Shown here: in pieces, positions 12,201 through 23,949 of the stretch | Layout of the letters: each line of letters begins with the position of its first letter | How positions within the stretch are numbered: the stretch's first letter is position 1 | Assembly (NCBI GenBank): GCA_044892505.1 | Contig: CM097882.1 | Coordinates: forward strand, 454,522,001 to 454,586,000 | Direction of reading: 5' to 3' | DNA from: Schmidtea nova | Lineage: Eukaryota | Length of the DNA stretch: 64,000 nucleotides | Made by a program: the position numbers and the translations under genes | Notes under the pieces: generated by a model | The model's database searches: none | The model's input: only the letters and a program-made list of their open reading frames with translations | Told to the model about the DNA's origin: nothing

Positions 12201-13085
12201 AGAAAACCCAGAATAAGAATCGCAAAGGAATTATATAGAAATCACAGAAATCATAAACAACATAAAACAAAAGGAGAGCAACAAATTTAAAATAAAGAAT
12301 GGAGTAATATTGACAGAAAACAATAAAATATGGATTCCGGATGATAAAATAATTAAAGAAACTGTGTCCTACTGGACCAATAAAAATTGAGAAATATTTT
12401 TTAATGAGACGCATGAAACGAATGATCAAAGACGTAGTTCATAGTTGTAAAAATCGTCAAAAGAGGAAAGATACAACGACACGGACTAAAGAAAATACTT
12501 TTCAAATGCCAGAACCAGGTTTATTTGAAACCATATTTATAAATTTTTGTGGTCCACTAAAACAAAGTCAGTATGTAATGAGATATATAATAGGAATTAT
12601 CGATAGTTTTAGTATATATTTGGCACTAAACGCAGTAAAATAACAGGACAAAAAACCCTTACAACAATTTTAAAAAATAATTGGAGTTTAAAACATGAAG
12701 CACTGAGATTTTTACATTTAGACAGGGGTAAAGCATTTGAGGGCCAAGCCATCGATAATTTAATGAAGAAGCACAACATTAAAGTTATATTTTGAAGCTC
12801 TTACCATCCTTCAGCGAATGGTCTAATAGAAATAAAATTCACAGCAATTAGAGATGTCATTCATATCGCTTTAAAGATCAAGATCACAAGAACTGGATTG
12901 AGTTATTACCAGAAGTCTAGTTTATGTTGAATTCCACATTTTAGAAAACTATTAGATGAACTCCATGTGAAAGAGTGTTTGGAAAAATATATATAAAGAA
13001 TAGTTACAAATATGTCAGTTGAGAATACAAGTTTTGACGAAATAACAGAGAGAAAATTAAAAGTAGGAAAAATAGTACTAGTTCC
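9226..13085 (+). mobile_element. Decayed Ty3/Gypsy internal region (element B): gag, protease, partial RT/RNase H, integrase; no LTR recognised
   Basis: PBS-like TGGTGACTACG at 9226; gag-like ORFs 9283-9624 and 9736-10041; protease CLLDT*ARISVID split by the 10533-11366 insertion; RT N-terminus near 11740-11900; RNase H YFTNHFKHYFYGKRF; integrase FCGPL...IIDSFS, DRGKAFE and HPSANGLIE. Confidence 0.8.
10533..11366 (+). mobile_element. Solo LTR (family Y) inserted in the protease gene of element B
   Basis: TGTTGGGG...CCCAACA with exact TSD GATA (10529-10532 / 11367-11370); AATAAA near 11275. Confidence 0.88.
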
Positions 13086-16000
13086 TTACTCCATATTCTA
13101 CCGTGTGTACTGTTGAATCCCATTCCTTCGTCTTTCTGTCGAACATGGTCGCTGCCATCATACCTTTTGCTGTTTGGAACATTCTTTCGATTAAACCATC
13201 AGATTGTGGGTAGTACGGTAATGTACAGGTTTTCTTTGTTCCTATCAGACTGCACAAACCCTTAAACATATTTGACTCAAAGTTCTTTCCCTGATCTGAG
13301 TGAATCCTTTCTGGTATACCGAATTTTGTTATCCATTCTTCCCAAATTGCTCTAGCCACTGTTTCTGTCGTAATTTCTGGGAGTAGTATTAGACATGGGT
13401 ATTTTGTGAAGTAGTCAATTAATCCCAGAATGTATCTATTTCCTTTTTTCGTCATTGGAAAAGGTCCCGTAATGTCTATTCCCAAAATTTCTAAAGGTCT
13501 ACTGCTTATAAAACTCTGTAGTGGTGCTCTTACTCTTCCGTTTATATGTTGTGTTGAAAAGCTATACATCGGTTTACTCTTCCTATAACGTTCTCGTTGA
13601 TATTTGGCCAATAGTATCTTTCTTTGGCTGCTCTCGTGGTTCTTTCAATGCCGACATGTCCCAATTCCCGATGTAACTCGTCAATATATCTTTCTTCTTC
13701 TGGTAGTACTTTCCTATGTCCTTCTGCTTTCTTAATCATAAGATTTCCTTCAATGACATGCATAAGTTCCGCTTTTCTCCATAGTTCTAAGTGTTTCCAG
13801 TTTTGTCCTTTTCTCCCTTGCTGTATCCAGTCGATTATTTGTCTAACTTCTGAATCCGTCTTCGTGTTTATTTGACATATAATTCTTTCTGACTTGTTCT
13901 CTTCTGTAAAATTGTTTTCTTCCTCGTAAACTTTTACATTTCGTTTCTTTCTTGGGTCCGCGTGTTTCAGTCGGCATTGTTCGCATGGTGTAATTCTTGA
14001 CAATGCGTCCGCATTGCAATGGTCTTTCCCTTTTCTAAATTCCACTTTAATGTCATATATGTCTAGTTCTGCTTTCCATACACAATATTGAGAGGTGTTT
14101 GGACTACTCCAATCTAATAACCATTTAAGTGCTTGATGATCTGTTCTTACTGTGAACTTTTTACCTACTAAATAATACTTGTATTTTAATACAAATGTGT
14201 AAATTGCCAAAAGTTCCTTGCGTATGAGACAATATTTCCTCTGCGTTTTCGTCATAGTTTTCGACCCATGCGTAATAACTCTCTTCTTCCCTTCTTGGAT
14301 TTGAGACAGGACGGCCCCTATTAAATCGTTAGACGTGCCTGTGTCTTAAACGTAGTATCCATCTGTAGTTGGTAATGCTAATATTGGCGGTGATAGTAAA
14401 GCCTCTCTTAATCTCTCGAACGATCCTTGACTTTCCTCCGTCCATCTAAATTTGTTTTCTGTTCGAAGCACTTCGTTTAAAGGTTCTGTCGTCTTAGCGT
14501 AGCCTTTAATGAAGATTCTGTAATATCTCTTCATCCCTAGAAATGTCCTTAGCTCTTTCTGACACATTGGCTTCTTATATTCTCTTATCGCTTTGGGGTT
14601 GTCTGGGTCCGTCTGTACTCCTTCTTCGTTTATAATGTGTCTTAAATATCTTACCTCGTTTTTAGTAAGTGGCATTTCTCCGGTGATAATTTTAGTCTCG
14701 CTGATGGTATTGGAAATATTACTCTTCTGTTTTTGCCCTTAAAGCTCTGTAGTCGATGCACATTCTCATGTCCCCATTCTTTTTTTAGTTACAACAATGG
14801 GAAAGTTCCATGGTGAATTGCTTTCTCTAATAATTCCCGCTTCTTACACTTCTGTGATGTATCTTCTCACATCTTCCTCCAATCCCCTTGGTATCCTTCT
14901 ATGTTTGAATGCTATCGGTGTTGTTTTCCCCGTTTCTATAGTGTGTTGTCCCACATTTGTCTTCCAATATCCATTTTGTAACTACTGAATACATCTTTGT
15001 TCCGCCATAAAATTTGTGTTATCTTCTGTTTTTCTGTTATTGTTAATCTATCGATAGCTTGTTTATCAACCCTTTCACAATTCTGTCTATACTTCTCTTT
15101 TCTTTGTTTTGGTCGATTGTTGACAATTTCATCAACGTGTTATTTCCCCCTCCTTGTTCATCCATTCTTCCGCTTCTCCCAGTGTTGTTCCTGTATGTAG
15201 ACTTTTCACTCCTCCTTCCTGCATATTAATTCGAACCCAAATCAATCCCTCGGAACATGTTGCTAGTCCGTCTGCTACCAATATACCTCTTTCCTCCATC
15301 TTGCTCTTGTTTCCTGTAAATAAACAATTAGTTACGTTTTCCTTTATCCTCTCGTTCTCCTTATCTACTATCATCCTTTTGATCCAATACTCTCCCTCTC
15401 CTTTCAATGTCACATTTTCTGCTACCACTACTTTTCTCGTTTCTTCTTCTGTCTCTTTAACTAATCTTCCTACTCCTGGATGCCTGGGAGTGGTCTTTAA
15501 CAGTGTAAAGACGATGGTATTGATGTATTGGATAGAAATGGAATTTGAATACCCTTTACCTCGATACAGTCTTCTGCCGGTTTCATTAATACTCCCAGTT
15601 CTTTCATGCATCTGAATCCGATATACGCATGTGGGAATACTCTATTCATTATTTCGAATTTGTGTTTGGTCATCCTTGGACCCAAACTCAGTGATAATAC
15701 TAATTGTCCCCGGCTTTTTCCTTTACTTCCATCTGCGTACGCTACTCTAACTTTTGAATCCCTGACTTCGATTGTCGAATCTCATTGTATTATTTTCTCT
15801 GACAGTTCCTCGCTAATGACATTCAGATCTGCTCCCATATCGAATAGTGCTTTAACTTCTTCTCCTTGGATTTTGCAACAAATGATTGGCTTGTTGGTTT
15901 CCCTTTCCGATCGTTTTTGTGATATTGCTGTTGTGGCTTTTTTATATTTTTGTCCTTTGGTTTGTCGCCATTACCTCCGATAAACTGTGCCCACTTCTCT

Positions 16001-17158
16001 TCCATTGTTAGCTTACCTTTCTTTGTCTTCTTTTCTTTTTGTGTAATCGCTTTCATAGTTCGTTCTGATTGGTCGTCTTCTTCGTATTCACTCTTTGAAC
16101 TTGTCTTTTGTACGGATACTTCTTCTAATTGCCGTACTCGTCTATAATCGTCCTTCTTGTTTGGGCATTCTCTACTTATATGTCCCTTTTTATTACAATT
16201 AAAATATGTTACCTTTTCTCGATACTCTTGGCAATTGCTCTATATATGTCCTGTTTTCTTGCATCGGAAACATCTTTCGTTCTTCTTTTCTTCGAAGAAA
16301 CGTGCAATATGACCGGTTTTGCCGCAATTGTAACATTCCACTTGTTGTCCATAGTATATTTCTTTTCTACTTCTATCTTGGTTATTCGGTTCTTTTAAAT
16401 TTGTTATAATTTCCTGAAGTCTCTATATCTCTTCTCTTAATTCTTGTAACTCCAATGTTGCATTTTTATCTACCCGCATTTGTCTACCGTTGTTGTTTCC
16501 TTTCGATTGATTAATTCCTTTCCCGTCTCTCCATGCATTATAGCTCTCTTCTCGTAGTTGTGATAATCTGTATTCTGGAATTATTTCTTTCTGGTCATCT
16601 TCTTCCTTTATTAGTTCGACAGCTTCTTCTATGGTTTTGGGCCGCAATATTTTCAATGTCTTTCTCATGATTTCACTTTTTAAACCTTCTCTAAAGATCA
16701 TTAATTCTATTCTGTTTCGATCTTCTTTTGTGTTTTTCGTCGTTCTTTTTACCTGTCTACTGAAATCTACTATCGTCTCTCCTTCGTCCTGTTTGGTCAA
16801 TAGGAAAATTTTAACCTTCTTGGCTCTTGACTCCTTTATTGGGAACATTTCTGTTAATGTTTTTGTGTACCACTCTACTGTGTTGTTTTCTTCTCCATAC
16901 TTACTTTTTGATTCCACCTCGAATAAAATTTCTGGATTGAAATATCTTCTTAATAATCGCACTTTGTATGCCTCTTCCATCTCGAACATCGCCAAAAAGG
17001 ATGATATATTCTCGAGATGTGTCCTCACATCCCTTTTACACTTCCTTGTGTATAAATATAGGGATCCCTCTATCTCTTGTGCCAATAGATCTTTGACAAA
17101 AGAATTTTCAAACGTTACTGTTCGTGACGCCATGTTATATCTATAGAAGAATTAACCA
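13086..17158 (-). mobile_element. Decayed Ty3/Gypsy internal region (element C): gag, Zn knuckles, protease, RT, RNase H, truncated integrase; no LTR recognised
   Basis: gag 16423-17133; three degenerate CCHC knuckles at about 16160-16345 (CYNCGKTGH, CFRCKKTGH, FNCNKKGHISREC); protease ALFDMGADLNV near 15820-15860; RT 14346-14990 (ELRTFLGMKRYYRIFIKGYA); RNase H 13542-14255 (RKELLA, TDHQAL, NADALSR); integrase 13078-13611 (GIDITGPF, IHSDQG, PQSDGLIER). Confidence 0.9.
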
Positions 17159-17284
17159 ATTTAAATAAGTAAATTATAAGGTGTCCAACTGTACTCATTT
17201 ACTGAGTTTTGTACTCCTTTTTAGCAAACCGTACTCTTTTCAAATCATGTACTCTGAAAGTACTCATTTGTATTTCTAAAACAT

Positions 17285-17402
17285 TTTTTAGACTATTTTT
17301 AGACAATTTTTTAGACAATTGTTTAGACAATTTTAGACAATTTTTAGACAATATTTTTAGACAATTTTTTTTAGACAATTTTTTAGACAATTTTTTAGAC
17401 TA
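17285..17402. repeat. Subterminal (TTTTAGACAA)-like tandem repeat within the hAT element
   Basis: About ten 10-14 bp units of T(n)AGACAA. Confidence 0.9.
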
Positions 17403-17861
17403 TTTTATTTCAATTTTATTAATTAAATATTTAAATTCTATCTCTCCAATATTTGTGTACGCTATCCCCAGGCTGATCTTTGATGTGCAATATGTTCGGA
17501 ATGCTTGACCGTCTTGACGCATTGCGTAATATGTACGGCAAAGTTTCATGGGAATTCCCTTTCTGTTTAATTAATTTGAGATTAGAGAAAACCAACAATT
17601 TCGTACTTTTTGTTCAAGTTAACAAGATTTGAGGTGCACAAAATAAAATAAAATAAAATTTTATATTATAAAATAAAATAAAATTTTATTATAAATTATA
17701 ATAAAATGAATTTATTTATCTAGTGAAGGTTAAGTTGCATGTAAGTATTAATATTATAGTTTCATTTTCATTTTACTTAAATAATATCAGATTATAATAT
17801 TTATTTGAAATCAAAATAAAAAGTATATTACTAATATAATTTTTAGATTATTAATTCAAAT

Positions 17862-18479
17862 ATGAGGAATAACAAAAGAAGGAAAAATCGGTTAAACGAA
17901 AATTTAAAAAATGAGTTTCCGTTCATTGTAGTTACAAATCGAAATGATGACTTCTTGGTTAAATGTACAATCTGCAATAGGGAATTTTAAATTGCAATTC
18001 ATGGGCGTAGTGCAGTAACGGCACACATCGAAACTAATGTACATAAAACGTCTCATGACACAGCAGCGTCAACATCCAAATTGACAACATTTTTTAAAGG
18101 GAATACTTTTGGAACTAATGAAAAATAATTGGCAGTTATGGAGGGTACTTTCGCTTATAACACAATAATCCATAATCAAAGTTTTCGCAGCATGGACTGC
18201 ACTACTAAATTATTAAAAAAATTCTGTGACGAAAAATTTTCTTGTGCGCGAACAAAATGTGAGTCTATCGTAACCAGCGTGTTTAATGAATACTGCAAGA
18301 AAATGCTATCAGAAAATCTGGATTCTGTATCATATATATCTATTCTATCAGACGCATCGAATCACAATGAAATAAAACTTTATCCAATTTTAGTAAGGTA
18401 TTTCGATATTAAGAACGGTATTCAAATTAAGATTTTAAATTTGGAATCAATCGAAGGAATCAATCAAATATGTTTTTAA
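17862..18479 (+). pseudogene. N-terminal fragment of a hAT-like transposase
   Basis: Zn-finger-like VKCTIC...AHIETNVH followed by SFRSMDC..FSCARTKCE..LSDASNH..LYPILVRYF; two in-frame stops before 18129. Confidence 0.7.
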
Positions 18480-18611
18480 AAGAAAATAAAATTTTTGTCG
18501 TTTTTTCTTCTTTTTATTCACCTATGAAATACTTGCAAAGTGTACTCTTTTTGTACAAAAAATAGTTGGTCACCTTATAAATTACCACAATTCGGAAATA
18601 ATAATACTAAA

Positions 18612-18720
18612 AGTAATGTAATGATTATTAAAAAACAATGTTGTTTATATAATCAACAAGAACGAGTTGTTTTTAAAATAAATATTATTATTCTTGATGT
18701 CTGATATTAAGATAGTTACT
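18612..18720 (+). repeat. 5' LTR of element D
   Basis: Direct repeat of 23011-23119; last base overlaps the PBS. Confidence 0.95.
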
Positions 18721-19894
18721 GGCGACCACGCCGAAATTAACGCAATTAAAACACGTAGCCAAGATAAGAAATCGGCAAGAGATGTTTTACCAAAGAAGGC
18801 TCAAGAAATCTTAGACGTTGAAATTCGTAGATACGATGGAAGATGCACTAAGGAAGCAGAAAAATGGATTAAAGCGATCGATGATTGGATTATAAGAAAT
18901 GATCTAAAACGGACGGAAGCTTTTGATTTGTTGTTATCGGAAGAAGCGTCAATCTTGTGGAAGAATGTCAAAACCGAAGACATATCAGAGGATGATGCTA
19001 GAGAATGGTTTATAGAAACATTCACTATAAAAAAGTTTATATTAGATAAAATCAAGGATTATGCAACTATCAGACAAGATGACAACGAACGTTTTGCTAC
19101 TTTCGAGATTCGAGTTCTCAAAATCGCGGAAGAAGTTTTATATTCAGGATTGTCAAAGGAAGAAATCGTAAGTGAGATTATTATGCACAGAGTGAGAGAT
19201 AAAAGATTAAAAGAGGTATTTACGAAGAAACCTAAGATGGATAACAAAGAGAGAAATGATTTAGCAAAATTTTATGAGAAAACAGAGGACAGATCTGAAG
19301 AAATTTTGGCAGTGAAGCCAATGTCAAATGCGGAAAAATTCAAAGAAGGTCTAAGGAATCGAGAGGAATTGGAGAGAGGAAAGCAAAGACCATATATACG
19401 AAAAGAAACCAGAAGTTTCGAAAACAAAGTAGAATACGGAAGATATGAACAACCAGAGTCCCAAAGATGGAAAGGACAGCAGACGGGTGAAAAGAAGATG
19501 CCAACTGTATCTCTGAAACATATAGCCAAACGGTTATACAACAGACATATGGGGTTACCAGAACCAAGGCTATGCGAACTCAAATCAGGTCAATGTTTTT
19601 GTTGCGGAGAAGAAGGACATAGGCGTTTTGAATGCCCTTTAAAATGATAAATGTTTGATTTGCGGGAAGAACGGACACAATTTTAGAAATTGTAACCTCC
19701 TGAATGGACGACGAGGTTACAACACCAACGTCAAGAAGATATCATGTATACACGAAGAAACGGATGATCAGCAGATAAATAGTTATGATTTTAGAGATGA
19801 ATACGGAAGTGAGTGTCAACCACATGAAGTAGAAGTAAGACAAAATGCCAACGATCCCATCGCACACATTTCGTCAATGGGATCGCAGATATAA
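18697..19894 (+). pseudogene. gag: Gag of element D, frameshifted between its two Zn knuckles
   Basis: ORF from ATG 18697 to 19647 ending CFCCGEEGHRRFEC; second knuckle CLICGKNGHNFRNC follows in a shifted frame. Confidence 0.85.
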
Positions 19895-19926
19895 ATGAAG
19901 AAAATCGAAATGACAGGAGAAGAAGC

Positions 19927-22900
19927 ATGAAGTATCAGACGAGCGATGGAAGAGAATGGAGTAAGATGGTTATTAATATGGTTGAAGTAGAAATGTTATG
20001 GGATTCGGGGGCATCAATATCAGTGATGAATGAAGAAACATGGATAAACATCGGAAAACCGAGGTTAGATGCAAGCGATTTGACGATTTGTGGCGTTTTT
20101 CCAGGAAGTAAAAGACCACTGTGACGTACGATGGTAGAGGCGAAATGGAACCAAAAACAGAGGAACATTTGTATTGTTGTTATGAGGGATATTCGACCAG
20201 GGTTTATTGGTGGAGTAGATACAATGAAAGCGTTCGGCAAACAACTGGTGGAAGTGAAAAGTATTGAAGACAATGAGATCAAGACAAACATCAACGACAA
20301 AGACCATTTATTAAAAGCGAAAACAGACTTGCTTAAAAAGGAAAATATCGAGCTCGAGAAATTAATCGCGGATTTTGCTTCAATATTTATGGCAAACAAA
20401 TTCGATTTAGGATATACCACGACGGTACTACATAAAATTAAAACGACTGGTAATCCTGTGATGCAATATCCACGACGACAACCAATGCATCTAGAACGGA
20501 AGGTAGATGACCTAATACAAAAGTAAATAGAAGCAAGGGTGATCATGCGATGTCAGAGTCCATGGAACGCACTATTGGTCATAGTAGGAAAAAAAGACGG
20601 ATCGATCAGAATGTGTGCGGATTACCGGAGTCTAAATAGTCTGACAGAGAAGGAATGTTTTCCGATGCCGAATATCACACAGCTACTGCATTGCTTGGCC
20701 GGAGCGAAGTTTTTCTCATCATAGGATCTGGGTCAAGCATATTATCAAGTGGCATTGGCAGCAGAGTCGCAGGAGAAAACCGCGTTTAGTACGAAAAGCG
20801 GGCAGTTCTGTTTTGAGCGATTACCGTTCGGATTGACAACAGCTCCAACTACATTTCAGAGATTCATGAATACTATGTTAGAAGGTATTCTTTTTAATGG
20901 GGCGGTGGTATATTTAGATGACATCATCATATACGGGAAGGATAAATCGGAACATGACAGCCGGCTAAAAGAAGTTTTTGAAAGAATCAGAGGTACTGGC
21001 GTGAAGATAAACTCGGAGAAATGTAAGATCTACAAGGATAAGTTAATATGTTTAGGGCATACCGTAAGTGAGTTTGGTATTCAAACTAACGAAGAAAAGA
21101 TACGGGTGATTAGGGAAGCTACAAGACCAAAATGTGCGAAACAACTACGCTCATTTTTGGGACTGACGAATTATTATCGAAGATTCGTCAAAGATTATGC
21201 GCGTCTGGCAGCACCACTATATGCAGCAACAACGGAGTGTGATAAGACCTTACAATGGTCTCAAAAATGTGAAACAAGTTTCGAGAATTTAAAAGAAGCC
21301 CCGATGAAAAAACCAATACTGGATTACCCTAGGATGGACAGGGTATTTGTCTTAGATACGGATGCTTGTTTTGAAGCGGTAGGTGCCGTTCTGAGTAAAA
21401 TCACAGAGGAAGGTAAAGAAGTAGTAATTGCGTATGGGTCGAGACACCTCATATCACACGAAAAAGGATACTGTGTGATCAGAAAGGAATTGCTGGCATT
21501 GCATGAGTATGTTACTTATTTTCGTCAATACTTATATGGGAAGAAGTTCATAGCGAGAACCGACCACAAGGCGCTTGTATTTATGAATACGACAAAGAAA
21601 GCGATAAGTCCACAATTCCAAACATGGATGGTGAACTTATCAGAATATAATTTTAAATTTCAGTATCGGAAAGGAGTAGAACATGGGAATGCCGATGGAT
21701 TGTCGAGAGTTGGAGGAATGTTGTGCGCACAACGTCAAACACAACACGAAGAGCCGAAGAAGGAAAGAGCTAGGGTACGATATATTAATTCGATACAAAA
21801 AACTGGCACCATGATGAAAATTATGGAAGAACAAGAGAAGGACAAGGGGTTTCAAGGAGCATGGAATTATATCAATGAAATTTTGAATGAGGAAGAAGAT
21901 TTTTTCAAGAAATCTTTCCTATATGCTCACAAAGACAGATTGAAGATCAACGATGACCTAATTACCGTAGAGAGAGAATCCAATGATTTAGTAGCAGTTC
22001 CAGAGAGCCATCAAAAACAACTGGTTAAGAAGATTCATGAAGAATTATGCATTGTGGGAGGAAAAAAAGTTTTTGATTACATGGAAAATAGTTTTTTCTG
22101 GCCAAAGATGTGTGAAACAGTAAGACACGTTGTACAAGAATGTAGTATATGTGCGAGAAGGAAAGTAGATCAAGGAAGAACGAAAAAACTTTTTATTCCA
22201 CGCGGAAGTAACGGGTTTCTGGAACAAATCGTAGTTGATGTAGCATACATGGAAAAGACAAGATCCGGAAAGAGATATGTGGTTGTCATAATAGATCGGT
22301 TCAGTAAATTAGTATGCCTAACTGCGACAGAGAAGCAAGACGAAATGACGATATTCTGGATTATACTTCATAATTGGATTTATAAATATGGAAAGCCTGA
22401 AAGTATTCTTTCAGACAGAGGGAAAAATTTTGAAGGCAGATATATGAAAGAGAAATTCGAAGTTTTAGGGATTCGTCAAGAATTCTCAGCACCATATCAA
22501 CATCAATCAAATGGATTGGTAGAAAGAGTAATTCGCACGATGAGAGATCTACTGGTGACTTCAATTCTTAGTAACAACAGGCAATATGAATGATGCGAGA
22601 TACTTCCAAGGGTGGAATTCAGCATCAATGCGACGTTTCAAAGCGCCACTAAATATTCTCCATTTGAGATTGTGTATGGACGGAAAGTGTCACTTCATGC
22701 CAATGTACAAGGATCAGAGATCAAAGGCCAAAGAGTTGACGAGAAAGTGGTTCAGAATGCTAAGTTAGTGGCGCATAGAATGAGAATTTTAAAAAAAGAT
22801 CGAAGAGATAAACGTTCTTTTGAAGTGGGGGAGGAAGTATTGGTTCAACGGGAGCCACACAGAAGGAATAAGAATGACATACAATACGATGGACCATATA

Positions 22901-23001
22901 AGATTGTTAGATTTTTGTCGGAACACCAGGTCGAGCTACAATTTCCGGATGCTAGACGACCGAGACGGATAGAGTGGCTGAAGAGATGGCTTCAAAGTTG
23001 A
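19927..23001 (+). pseudogene. pol: Pol of element D with a few stops and frameshifts
   Basis: Protease LWDSGASISVM; RT LPFGL..YLDDIIIY; RNase H DTDAC..RKELLA..NADGLSR; integrase H(C)..C..C Zn region, VVDVAYM, ILSDRG, HQSNGLVER; breaks near 20120, 20524, 20722 and 22590. Confidence 0.92.
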
Positions 23002-23010
23002 GGAGGGGAA

Positions 23011-23119
23011 AGTAATGTAATAATTATTAATAAACAATGTTGTTTAAATAATCAACAAGAACGAGTTGTTTTTAAAATAAATAATATTATTCTTGATGTC
23101 TGATATTAAGATAGTTACT
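23011..23119 (+). repeat. 3' LTR of element D
   Basis: Direct repeat of 18612-18720, preceded by the PPT. Confidence 0.95.
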
Positions 23120-23214
23120 CTAAATAAGTAAATTACACAATTCAAAAATCTATTTTATACAAATAATATTCAAACAAATTTATAATTCATAATATTAAAC
23201 GAATTTTAATATTA

Positions 23215-23565
23215 ATAATTAAATAAAATAACATTTAATTTTCAGATTTAAATGAATTTAAATACTGTAATAAAATTAGATAATAAATTTATTAATTAGT
23301 ATAATAAATTAAATATAGATATATAAGTTATTAATTGACTTAGCTGTAAATTTCATATTAAAGAATGATTGAAAATTTAAATATAAAATTTTTATTGAAT
23401 ACTTTTGTATGAATATCCCTTATTCAATTATTAACTCATGTTTGCAAAAATAGCTTCAAAGATAGAAAAATTTGTTTGAATAACATCAGAAATTTGTGTT
23501 ACATTTTAAAATATAATTTTTATAATTTATAGATGTTCTTAATATAAGAAACCAAACAAATAATT
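23215..23565 (+). repeat. Uninterrupted paralog of the sequence hosting the solo LTRs at 7205-9225
   Basis: Aligns by eye to 7205-7243 + 8049-8195 + 9057-9225; homology stops at CAAATAATT, immediately before the PBS-like site of element B. Confidence 0.75.
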
Positions 23566-23949
23566 ACCCCATAAAAAGATTTAAGAGACACCCAACAAAT
23601 ATCTTTTCAAGGACTACCATAAAATATTTAATGACCCGGTAGATTACTTTAAGACGCCACTAAAATAAATTTTACTCCATAAATTCTTTCATTACTTGAT
23701 TTTCTACTGTTTTCCTTGATGTGTTTACAAGATTTACAGCTTATTCGATTTGAAAATACGTACTTTACAAGTTGGCATCAAAACTTAAAAAAAAATGTTT
23801 TAAAAAAATGAATTGAAAAAGAAATGAAAAAAAATTATTTAAAATTATTGCAAAAATTAATCAATAAATTGAAATGCAAAAGAAAAAAAAATAAATAAAC
23901 GACAATTTAAGCATGTTAAAATTTTCTAAAAGTACTTTATAAATTGGTA

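Larger units (their letters stand above)
17177..18577 (+). mobile_element. Internally deleted hAT-like element with a 7-bp TSD
   Basis: TIRs TAAGGTGTCCAACT / AGTTGGTCACCTTA; flanks TAAATTA (17170-17176 / 18578-18584); subterminal GTACTC motifs at both ends. Confidence 0.75.
18612..23119 (+). mobile_element. Structurally complete 4.5-kb Ty3/Gypsy LTR retrotransposon (element D)
   Basis: 109-bp LTRs (18612-18720, 23011-23119) with AGT...ACT ends and four differences; exact 5-bp TSD CTAAA; PBS TGGCGACCACG at 18720; PPT GAGGAGGGGAA at 23000-23010; PR-RT-RH-INT order. Confidence 0.96.

Noticed and set aside
16631-17146. Antisense ORFs over real coding regions (also 5055-5366, 15154-15615, 19935-20546, 33135-33620)
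   Set aside because: Shadow frames opposite gag, pol or PLE genes with no independent motif.
17177-17600. Sequence upstream of element C gag as its 5' LTR
   Set aside because: It is the left end of a TIR- and TSD-bounded hAT-like element.
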